Source: Bacteroidales bacterium (lineage in GTDB: Bacteria > Bacteroidota > Bacteroidia > Bacteroidales > UBA1402). Taken from it: a stretch of DNA of 64,000 bases. The first letter of the stretch is position 1, and each line of letters begins with the position of its first letter. Position numbers and translations under genes: made by a program. This document shows positions 56,563 to 64,000 of the stretch, in pieces. A model generated the notes under the pieces. That model was not told where the DNA came from and did no database searches. It worked only from the letters and a program-made list of their open reading frames with translations. The DNA lies in contig JAFODP010000015.1 of the NCBI GenBank assembly GCA_017380635.1, forward strand, positions 80,771 through 144,770, in the 5' to 3' direction.

Positions 56563-58341
56563 ATGAGAAAAGTTTTGACAACACTTTGCCTGTTTGTATC
56601 CATTATGAGCTTGATGGCCGCATCGATTTCACCGAAGGTGCCCATGAACAATCAGGAAAATGTAGCAGTGAATGCACAAATTGTGGTACAAGGTTCGTCT
56701 GCCCTGGTACAGGGAAGCGATAGTTGTTTCTTGAATGGCGAATATTTGCCGGTTACTTCCATTGCTTCCAATATGGCTATCTTCAAGCTGGGTATCATGG
56801 ACTATGCCACCGATTATGAATTTGTGGTACGCGATGGCGCCTTTCTTGCCAAAGATGGTTCGCCCATGAAGGGTTGTACCATTCGTTTCCGCACAACCTT
56901 GCCCAAAGCAAAACTTTTCGATGCAGTGGTGGCCAAAGACGGAAGTGGCGATTATACCAGTATTCGCGCTGCTGTGAAGGCGGCTCCCAATAACCGAACC
57001 GAACCTTGGATTATTTTCGTTAAGAACGGAACTTACGAAGAATTAGTTCGTGTCAATCAACCATACATCACTTTGGTGGGTGAAGATATCAACAAGACTA
57101 TCTTGAAATTCAGCATCACTTCCACTGGTGGTCACGAACGCGACAATGCCAACTTCCTCGAAGCCGAAGGTCAAGGTCCGGTATTGGTGACCAATGCGCC
57201 CAACTTTTATTTGCACAACATGACGGTAATCAACAGTTGGGGTTACGAAAAGCAAGCCGGTCCTATGGCTTTGGCCCTGGGTTCTTATGCCGACCGCTTC
57301 GTTATGTTCAATGCCAATTTGAAGAGTTATCAGGATACATGGCAAACCGGTAGAGATGAACATCGTCATTATGCACGTCGCAGCTATATCGAAGGTGCTG
57401 TCGATTTTATCTATTGTTCCGGCGATATGGTTTTGGATAGCTGTACGCTTGGTCTTTGTCGCGATGGTTCAGTGATTGTGGCTCCCTCGCATGGCGCCGG
57501 CGTGCAGTACGGTTATGTGTTCCGCGATACCAAGATTGTTTCCAGCAAGCCCGGCGTGCTCCGCACCAAAAACTCATACGGACGTCCTTGGCATAATTTC
57601 CCCAGAACTTCTTTCATCAATACCACTTGGTCTAAGGATGTTCAGTTTACCACGGCCGGATGGACCGATCACATGGGCGGACTGCCCGTTGTTTTCGCCG
57701 AATACAACACCCGCAACCACAAGGGTGAAGTGGTGGATTTGTCAAAACGCAATACCTATTATTATACAGGCGACAAAAATAATCCTACGGCCACTTGTAC
57801 GGCCAAGGCTGTTCTTACCAAGGAAGAAGCCGATGCGCTTACCGTTCGCACCGTGTTGAGTGGCAAGGATGGTTGGGCTCCCGATAAGATTTGTCAAGAA
57901 CTTCCTGCTCCGAAGCTCACTTACAAAGGTGATGTGCTCACTTGGGCCAAAGAAGATCAGGCTATTTGTTACATTGTGATGAGAAATGGCGAATACTACC
58001 AGACCACTACGGAAACCACCATGGCTTTCGAAGGTGATGTGAAGGAATATAGTGTGCGTGCCGTCAGTTATTATGGTACTTTGGGTCATGTTTCTTCGGT
58101 CCCTTTTCTAGACGGCATTCAGGCAGAAAAGGCCGTTAGTCTGGATGCCCGCTTCGACGGCGAATATTTGCATATCGGACAACTCTCGGCTAAGGCAACG
58201 GTGGAATTTGTTTCGTTAGATGGTCGCGTTCTCTCTTTGGTGGAAGTTTCTTCAAATAGCCGTATTCCGGTAGCTGACGCAGCTATCTTGGCTCGAATCC
58301 GTTGTCAGGATGAAGTTTGCGTGCTTAAATGTATCAGATGA
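56563..58341 (+). CDS. Pectin methylesterase-like protein (CE8) with an Ig-like domain
   Basis: DGSGDYTSIRAAV, GTYEE, YQDT, VDFIY and YGRPW. Confidence 0.87.
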   Translation: MRKVLTTLCLFVSIMSLMAASISPKVPMNNQENVAVNAQIVVQGSSALVQGSDSCFLNGEYLPVTSIASNMAIFKLGIMDYATDYEFVVRDGAFLAKDGSPMKGCTIRFRTTLPKAKLFDAVVAKDGSGDYTSIRAAVKAAPNNRTEPWIIFVKNGTYEELVRVNQPYITLVGEDINKTILKFSITSTGGHERDNANFLEAEGQGPVLVTNAPNFYLHNMTVINSWGYEKQAGPMALALGSYADRFVMFNANLKSYQDTWQTGRDEHRHYARRSYIEGAVDFIYCSGDMVLDSCTLGLCRDGSVIVAPSHGAGVQYGYVFRDTKIVSSKPGVLRTKNSYGRPWHNFPRTSFINTTWSKDVQFTTAGWTDHMGGLPVVFAEYNTRNHKGEVVDLSKRNTYYYTGDKNNPTATCTAKAVLTKEEADALTVRTVLSGKDGWAPDKICQELPAPKLTYKGDVLTWAKEDQAICYIVMRNGEYYQTTTETTMAFEGDVKEYSVRAVSYYGTLGHVSSVPFLDGIQAEKAVSLDARFDGEYLHIGQLSAKATVEFVSLDGRVLSLVEVSSNSRIPVADAAILARIRCQDEVCVLKCIR

Positions 58342-58360
58342 TTCAAAAAAATAAAAGGCG

Positions 58361-60115
58361 ATGAAAATCAGAATCTTATTGACATTGTTTTTGGTGTCGG
58401 CATTCACTTTGTCGGCGGCGCCCAACTTGGTAAAGGTGATGCCCGCCAGTGGAAGTGAAAATGTTGGCATTGCGGGAAGCATTGTACTGATGTTCGATAA
58501 AGAGGTGGTGGCCGGCGAGGCGGTTTGCAGTTTGAATGGCGAAAAAATCGTTCCAACCCTTATCTCGAAAGTTGCCAAATTTGAATATGCAGGTCTGCGC
58601 TACAGCACCGATTATTTGCTCGAAGTACCTGCCGGTGCTATCCTCGATAAGTCGGGCGAAGCCTTTGCCGGAACGACGGTGAAATTTACCACAGAAGCTC
58701 GTCCCGAAGTGACGCCCAAACTTTTCGATTTCGTGGTCGATCCCAATGCTGTGCAAACCGGCGCGAAAGTGGGCAAAACCATACAGTCGGCATTCAAGGC
58801 AATCCCGGAAAAATCTGCCAAACGCTTCTATGTCTTCATCAAGAATGGCGTGTATAACGAACGCCTTACCTTGCCCAATACTAAGCAGAACGTCACCTTT
58901 ATCGGCGAAAGCCGCGATGGCGTCATCATCCAGAATTCCGGAAATCCTGCCGTTGAAATTTATGGTAAGCATATTTATTTCGAGAACCTTACGTTCAAGG
59001 CAACCAATAATCCCGATGTGACGCAATACAATATTGCCATTTATGCCGAAGGCGAACAGAATATCTACAAGAATGTTCGTTTTCTCGGACACCAGGATAC
59101 GCAGCGCACCGGTGGCGACCGTCATTACATGAAAGATTGCGAAATTCACGGCACCATCGACTTTATCTATGGTAGCGGCAATGTTTTCTACGATGAATGT
59201 TATATCTATCTGGAAAAGCGCAACAAGATGATGTTGGAATCGACTACTTGGGATACGGCTTGTGTCATTGCGGCCGGCTCGCATAACATCACCGAAGTAT
59301 GGGGCCACGTGTTCAACCATTGCACCATCGATGGCGACCCGACCAACGACAATCGCTATAGTCTGGGCCGTCCCTGGCACAATTGCGCACGCGCGGTATA
59401 TATCAATACGGTAATGAAAATAAAACCTTTCGCTTTCGGTTGGACCAGCATGGGTAATCCTCCCACGCTTTATACCGAGTACGGAAGTGTGGATGCGCAG
59501 GGCAATCCTATCGATTTGAGTCAGCGTCACAATAAGTATCTCTACAACGATTCGCTTTATGTCTGCGATTTCAGTCCGGTGCTCACGGCCGAAGAAGCTG
59601 CCAAATATACTTTGCGCAATGTTTTGGCTGGCTCAGATGCTTGGCATCCCGACGAAATTTGTGCAACGCACACTGCTCCTGTCGTTGCTTTGGATGCTGC
59701 CACATTGACTTGGAATGCAGTGCCTTATACCATTTGTTATGTTATTCGCTCTCAAGGAAAATTTCTGGATGCCACGACTGATTGTCAATATCAATTGCCG
59801 GCTTACGGAGAATATAGTGTGGAAGCTATTGGGGAATATGGTTTCTCTTCTGAACCAACGAAAGTGTTGTATGCCGATCCTGCCGCTTTGACGCAACCAT
59901 CTGCCGCTTATACATATAAGGTAGATGCCGGCATGTTGCATGTGGAATCTTTTCTTCCCAATACTTCTCTGAAGCTTTTCGATATGACGGGCAAATGTGT
60001 GCTCTCTCAGCAGATGGCGGGAAAAACGGTTTTCCCTATTAACGAGCAGGGTCTTTTACTGATGCAGTTGGAAAATGCGCAAGGTCGCTGGGTGGAAAAA
60101 ATCAGACTTCAATAG
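58361..60115 (+). CDS. Pectin methylesterase-like protein (CE8) with an Ig-like domain and a T9SS-type tail
   Basis: TIQSAF, GVYNE, HQDT, IDFIYG, LGRPW and tail LFDMTGK...EKIRLQ. Confidence 0.87.
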   Translation: MKIRILLTLFLVSAFTLSAAPNLVKVMPASGSENVGIAGSIVLMFDKEVVAGEAVCSLNGEKIVPTLISKVAKFEYAGLRYSTDYLLEVPAGAILDKSGEAFAGTTVKFTTEARPEVTPKLFDFVVDPNAVQTGAKVGKTIQSAFKAIPEKSAKRFYVFIKNGVYNERLTLPNTKQNVTFIGESRDGVIIQNSGNPAVEIYGKHIYFENLTFKATNNPDVTQYNIAIYAEGEQNIYKNVRFLGHQDTQRTGGDRHYMKDCEIHGTIDFIYGSGNVFYDECYIYLEKRNKMMLESTTWDTACVIAAGSHNITEVWGHVFNHCTIDGDPTNDNRYSLGRPWHNCARAVYINTVMKIKPFAFGWTSMGNPPTLYTEYGSVDAQGNPIDLSQRHNKYLYNDSLYVCDFSPVLTAEEAAKYTLRNVLAGSDAWHPDEICATHTAPVVALDAATLTWNAVPYTICYVIRSQGKFLDATTDCQYQLPAYGEYSVEAIGEYGFSSEPTKVLYADPAALTQPSAAYTYKVDAGMLHVESFLPNTSLKLFDMTGKCVLSQQMAGKTVFPINEQGLLLMQLENAQGRWVEKIRLQ

Positions 60116-60254
60116 TATGTTAAAATAGTTAGTTTTTAGAGAGAAGGGGGTGTTTCTTTTGCGGGGAATGCCCTCTTTTCTTTATAGAGAGATAGGTACA
60201 AAAAAAGCCCGACCCAGTGGATCAGGCTTTATGTGTTCAACAAGAATGGCTCTT

Positions 60255-60437
60255 TTAGATGAGACGCTTGTTAACGAATACTTCTGCAAGGATACCGGCT
60301 ACGAACAAACCGGCGGCAATGAACAAATGTGTATTCTGCAAAACGCCTTGGAATTGAGCGGTGGCCAAAACAGCTACGCCGGCCAAAACGAGAATAGAAC
60401 CGGTGTTCTTAGCCAAAAGGGTGAAAAATCTTTTCAT
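60255..60437 (-). CDS. Small membrane protein (60 aa, 2 TM)
   Basis: Two hydrophobic helices, its own -7 box (TATCTTTG, minus, 60477-60484) and a downstream hairpin at ~60200-60230. Confidence 0.7.
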   Translation of the reverse strand: MKRFFTLLAKNTGSILVLAGVAVLATAQFQGVLQNTHLFIAAGLFVAGILAEVFVNKRLI

Positions 60438-60552
60438 TATGATGATATTTAATTGTTTGACTTTGAATCATTGGCGCAAAGATAAGCATTAAATCAATTA
60501 TTACAACAAAATCTGTGGGCTTTTTTCTTGAGGAAAATAATGATAGAATCAT

Positions 60553-60583
60553 TTTGTGGTTTCGAGAAATAGCACTACCTTTG
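60553..60583 (+). promoter_or_regulatory. Housekeeping promoter of rpsF-rpsR-rplI
   Basis: TTTG-N19-TACCTTTG. Confidence 0.75.
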
Positions 60584-60656
60584 CGCCGCTCTTTGAGTTA
60601 TTGCCTCTTGGTAAGTCAAAGATTATCTAATTAATTAATTTTTAAACGTTTCATTT

Positions 60657-60992
60657 ATGAACAATTACGAAACCGTTTTCATTTTGACTCCCGTTTTGTC
60701 TGAACAACAGATGAAGGAAACGGTAGAAAAATTCAAAAACCTTTTGGTTGCAGAAGGTTCTGAAATTGTGCATGAAGAAAATTGGGGTCTTCGCAAGCTG
60801 GAATACGCTATCCAGAAAAAGACCACCGGTTTCTATCAGCTCATCGAATTCAAGGCCAACCCTGAAGTGGTTGCCAAGTTGGAAACCCAATTCCGTCGTT
60901 CGGATCAAGTGCTCCGTTTCTTGGTGTTGAAGCAGGATAAATTCTTCGCTCAATACGCAGAAAAGAGAAGAAGTTTGAAAAAATCTAATTAA
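60657..60992 (+). CDS. rpsF: 30S ribosomal protein S6
   Basis: [12 protein letters not shown]...[13 protein letters not shown]. Confidence 0.97.
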   Translation: MNNYETVFILTPVLSEQQMKETVEKFKNLLVAEGSEIVHEENWGLRKLEYAIQKKTTGFYQLIEFKANPEVVAKLETQFRRSDQVLRFLVLKQDKFFAQYAEKRRSLKKSN

Positions 60993-61009
60993 GTAAAGGA
61001 GAACTAATT

Positions 61010-61279
61010 ATGGCACAGAATCCCAATGAAGTAAGGTATCTTGTACCTCCCACGGTTGATACCAAGAAGAAAAAATATTGCCGTTTCAAAAAGAACGGTA
61101 TCAAGTTTATCGACTACAAGGATCCCGAATTCTTGAAGAAATTCTTGAACGAACAAGGTAAGTTGTTGCCCCGTCGCATCACCGGTACCTCTTTGAAATA
61201 TCAGCGCAAGATTGCTCAAGCCGTTAAACGTGCTCGTCATCTCGCTTTGCTGCCTTACGTAACCGATTTAATGAAGTAA
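61010..61279 (+). CDS. rpsR: 30S ribosomal protein S18
   Basis: IDYKD...[10 protein letters not shown]...[19 protein letters not shown]. Confidence 0.98.
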   Translation: MAQNPNEVRYLVPPTVDTKKKKYCRFKKNGIKFIDYKDPEFLKKFLNEQGKLLPRRITGTSLKYQRKIAQAVKRARHLALLPYVTDLMK

Positions 61280-61285
61280 GAGACT

Positions 61286-61732
61286 ATGGAAATTATTTTG
61301 AAAGAAGACATCGTCAATCTCGGCTACAAAGACGATATTGTAAAAGTTAAAGACGGTTATGGCCGCAACTATCTGATTCCTCAGGGCAAGGCTGTCATTG
61401 CCAGCGAATCTGCCAAGAAAGTGTTGGCTGAAAACTTGAGACAACGTGCTCACAAGATTGAAAGACTGAGAAGCGAAGCTGCTGCTATGGCTGAAAAGTT
61501 GAACGCAGTTTCATTGACCATCGCTGCTAAGGCTGCTGAAGGTGGCAAGATTTACGGTTCAGTAAGCAACATCCAAGTGGCTGAAGAATTGGCTAAATTG
61601 GGCCTCGAAGTTGATCGCAAGAGCATCGTAATGAAAGACGCTAAGGAACTTGGTGAATATACCGCTGTTGTTAAGTTGTATAAGGAAATCCAAGGCACCG
61701 TTGCTTTCACCGTTGTTGCTGAAGCTGAATAA
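61286..61732 (+). CDS. rplI: 50S ribosomal protein L9
   Basis: MEIILKEDIVNLG...VKDGYGRNYLIPQG. Confidence 0.98.
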   Translation: MEIILKEDIVNLGYKDDIVKVKDGYGRNYLIPQGKAVIASESAKKVLAENLRQRAHKIERLRSEAAAMAEKLNAVSLTIAAKAAEGGKIYGSVSNIQVAEELAKLGLEVDRKSIVMKDAKELGEYTAVVKLYKEIQGTVAFTVVAEAE

Positions 61733-61755
61733 TTTAAGCTTTACATAGCATAAAG

Positions 61756-61786
61756 AAACCGACCTCAATCATGGGGTCGGTTTTTT
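61756..61786 (+). terminator. Rho-independent terminator after rplI
   Basis: aaaccgacctc-aatcat-ggggtcggtttttt. Confidence 0.8.
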
Positions 61787-61799
61787 GTTGTTTGATGAT

Positions 61800-61990
61800 G
61801 TCTGCTTGCTTGCCGGCAGCATTGCACTTGAATCTCGCTTGTCGCTCGCTTGCGGCGGCATTGCACTTGAATCTCGCTTGTCGCTTGCTTGCAGCAGCAT
61901 TGCACTTGAATCTCGCTTGTCGCTCGCTTGCAGCAGCATTGCACTTGAATCTCGCTTGTCTGCTTCCTTGCGGCAGCATTGCGCTTGTCG
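61800..61990. repeat. 39-bp tandem repeat (4 full units plus partial units)
   Basis: gcattgcacttgaatctcgcttgtc recurs at 61819, 61858, 61897 and 61936, with a degenerate copy at 61976. Confidence 0.9.
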
Positions 61991-62182
61991 CTTGGCTGCT
62001 CATCGCTGCTTCGTTTGGCTTTCGCCTAAAACGAAGAACTCGGCCTTATAGCCAGCCTCGCTTCGTGCTACTCCGCTCGGCAGGCTAACGCGCCTCAAAC
62101 AGCTTCGTTTTTATACGGCTACAGCCCGCACTGCGCTCTTCCGCTCTTCGCGGAATCGCTCCAAGCGCAATGCTGCCGCAAG
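61967..62182. mobile_element. Putative MITE/REP-like element with perfect 21-bp terminal inverted repeats
   Basis: cttgcggcagcattgcgcttg (61967-61987) / caagcgcaatgctgccgcaag (62162-62182), with an inner stem aaaacgaag...cttcgtttt. Confidence 0.55.
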
Positions 62183-62218
62183 TGGGCAACGAGCGCACCA
62201 CTGCAGTCGGTGAATAGT

Positions 62219-63394
62219 TTAGAACTTCAAATCGCTGAAGTGTTTTTTGCCTTTCAGGAAATAATCGACGATGGAAATGCCGTGATAGATTTCGGGAATG
62301 TCCTGATGGATGGCTGAGGCTTGCACTTCGCGGCGAACGCTTTCGTAGTCGGGCTTCATCTGGCGATAGGCGCGACGCGCTTCGAAAACTGCCTTGGCAT
62401 TTTTGCGTTCGCCCTTCAACAGGAAGAAGATGGCTGCGATAAAGTCGAGTAGGGCTCTTTGGAAAAGCGTACTTTTCAATTTCTTTTCGGGCAGGTTTTT
62501 GTAGAGCATCAATAGGTTGTTGCGGAAATTGAGGAAAGTTTTGCGTGGGTTTTCAGTACTGAGCGTGCCGCCGCCCCAGTGCCACACGCGACTTTCGGGC
62601 AAGCAGACAAGGCGGCGGCCGCGACTGCGCAATCGCCAGCACAAGTCAATTTCTTCCATGTGGGCAAAGAAACGCGCGTCCAATCCACCGGCTTGCAAAT
62701 AATCCTGGCGACGAATGAGCAGACAAGCACCTGTGGCCCAAAATAAATCGATGGCAGTGTCGTACTGTCCCATGTCTTTTTCTATGTCAGACTGTATGCG
62801 GCCCCGACAGAAAGGATAACCCAGTCGGTCGATGAAGCCGCCGGCTGCGCCGGCGTGCTCAAACATGCCCGGCTCTCTGTCTGACAAGATCTTCGGCTGA
62901 CAAGCGGCCACCTCGGGATGCGCGTCCATATAAGCAATCATCGGCTGCAACCAATTCGCTTCCACGCGCACATCGTCGTTCAAAAGCACCACATATTCAG
63001 CCTCCACCGACTTAATAGCACGATTGTAACCTTCGGCAAAGCCATAGTTTTTGTCCAAAGTCAACACTTCGCATTGCGAAGCATAATGCTCTGATAGCCA
63101 AGCTAAAGAATCGTCGGTAGAACCATTGTCGGCAATCACCACTTTCGTTCCGGTGGGAAAATTTCCACAAGCATTTTCCCCGCAGGAAAGTTCTCCGCGC
63201 GAGTCACAGGAATCTTCTCCACACGAATCGCTCAAATCGCACAAATCGCTCGAATCGCTCGAATCGCTCGAAAGCTCGCTATGCGAGCCGCTTGAAACAT
63301 CGTTTTGCAAACTATGCTGCAGCACGCCCGGCAAATATTTCTCGAGCAAATGTCGTCCGTTCCAATTGAGTATGATGATGGCGGTCTTTGTCAT
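62219..63394 (-). CDS. Glycosyltransferase family 2 (rhamnosyltransferase-like) with a Ser/Asp/Cys-rich insertion
   Basis: IILNWNG, ADNGSTD, NYGFAEGYN, LLNDD, WATGACL and FFAHMEEIDLCWR. Confidence 0.92.
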   Translation of the reverse strand: MTKTAIIILNWNGRHLLEKYLPGVLQHSLQNDVSSGSHSELSSDSSDSSDLCDLSDSCGEDSCDSRGELSCGENACGNFPTGTKVVIADNGSTDDSLAWLSEHYASQCEVLTLDKNYGFAEGYNRAIKSVEAEYVVLLNDDVRVEANWLQPMIAYMDAHPEVAACQPKILSDREPGMFEHAGAAGGFIDRLGYPFCRGRIQSDIEKDMGQYDTAIDLFWATGACLLIRRQDYLQAGGLDARFFAHMEEIDLCWRLRSRGRRLVCLPESRVWHWGGGTLSTENPRKTFLNFRNNLLMLYKNLPEKKLKSTLFQRALLDFIAAIFFLLKGERKNAKAVFEARRAYRQMKPDYESVRREVQASAIHQDIPEIYHGISIVDYFLKGKKHFSDLKF

Positions 63395-63406
63395 AATGGT
63401 CTGATA

Positions 63407-64000
63407 TTAAGAAAGTTTGGCAATCAAGGCACTCTTGTCTTCATTGAAGTTGCCCAAGCATAAAGTTTGCGTGCTGTTTTCCCAATCCTTGCGATAAGGC
63501 GCTTCCACCCGGATATAATTGTCGCTAAAACCGTACATTTTGCCGTTTTTCTTGCCATGTTCAAAGAGAACGCTGCGCTTTTTCCCGCTTTGCGAACGAT
63601 AAAATTCCAAGCGCTTCTGTTCCGAAAGTTCGTGCAAAAGACGGCTGCGTTGCTTTTTGTCCTTCTCGGCCACCTTATAATCTATGTTCAAAGCTCTCGT
63701 GCCGGGGCGTTCCGAATAACTGAACACGTGCAATTGCGAAATGGGCAGACTTTCCAGAAACTGACGGCCGTCTTCGAACAGCTCCTCTTTTTCGCCACGC
63801 ATGCCCACAATCACGTCCACACCGATAAAGGCATCCGGCATGGCTTTTTTGATGGCGTGAATCTTTTCGGCAAACAATTCCCGATGATAATGTCGGCCCA
63901 TCAAGTCGAGCATCTCGTTGTTGCCGGCTTGCAGTGGCAGATGGAAATGCGGTGCAAAACGTTTCGATTGAGCTACGAAGGCAATCATTTCATCGCTCAA
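63407..64000 (-). CDS. mtaB: tRNA methylthiotransferase MtaB, C-terminal part (5' end outside the window)
   Basis: PHFHLPLQAG...M.R.Y, IGVDVIVG, LHVFSYSERPGT and GFSDNYIRV. Confidence 0.88.
   Translation of the reverse strand: MSDEMIAFVAQSKRFAPHFHLPLQAGNNEMLDLMGRHYHRELFAEKIHAIKKAMPDAFIGVDVIVGMRGEKEELFEDGRQFLESLPISQLHVFSYSERPGTRALNIDYKVAEKDKKQRSRLLHELSEQKRLEFYRSQSGKKRSVLFEHGKKNGKMYGFSDNYIRVEAPYRKDWENSTQTLCLGNFNEDKSALIAKLS

Noticed and set aside
60150-60452. 100-aa plus-strand ORF
   Set aside because: It begins within terminator hairpins and lies opposite the better-supported 60-aa membrane protein, which has its own promoter box.
61800-61990. Possible CRISPR array
   Set aside because: The segments between the 25-bp conserved parts are only ~14 bp and nearly identical, so there are no unique spacers, and no cas genes are present. 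It is a tandem repeat.
61734-62088. Short ORFs on both strands across the tandem repeat
   Set aside because: They stay open only because the 39-bp period is a multiple of 3. The peptides are repetitive and cross a terminator.

Overview
Chromosomal window from a Bacteroidales (Bacteroidota) bacterium. Evidence for this: TAnnTTTG -7 promoter boxes, SusC/SusD pairs, short T9SS-type C-terminal tails and conserved Bacteroidales gene order. Contents from left to right: (1) an apparently uncharacterised catabolic operon with E2, E3, a fused E1alpha/beta 2-oxoacid/acetoin-type dehydrogenase, a PHP-fold protein and a class II aldolase fused to a sorbitol-6-P-dehydrogenase-like SDR; (2) two ERIC-like hairpin elements and an AT-richer lipoprotein cassette; (3) core genes (ECF sigma factor, an unannotated 54-aa ORF, rpe, comEC, DHH phosphoesterase, glmM, rpmA/rplU, trxB, lolA, ftsK, 3'-5' exonuclease, hemW, EF-G2, rprXY); (4) a LemA plus partner gene pair behind a highly structured ~270-nt leader; (5) a pectin utilisation locus (two SusC/D pairs, three fasciclin-type lipoproteins, a PL1 lyase, a DUF4957/5123-like protein and two CE8 esterases, with a third CE8 outside the cluster at 27480); (6) rpsF-rpsR-rplI, a 39-bp tandem repeat fused to an inverted-repeat element, a GT2 with a low-complexity insertion and the end of mtaB. 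No rRNA, tRNA, CRISPR array, transposase or integrase was seen. Best candidates for new biology: the dehydrogenase/PHP/aldolase-SDR operon, the structured leader of the lemA pair, the ERIC-like hairpin family, and a shared uncharacterised module in two pectin proteins. All family assignments come from motif recognition by eye; no database searches were run.
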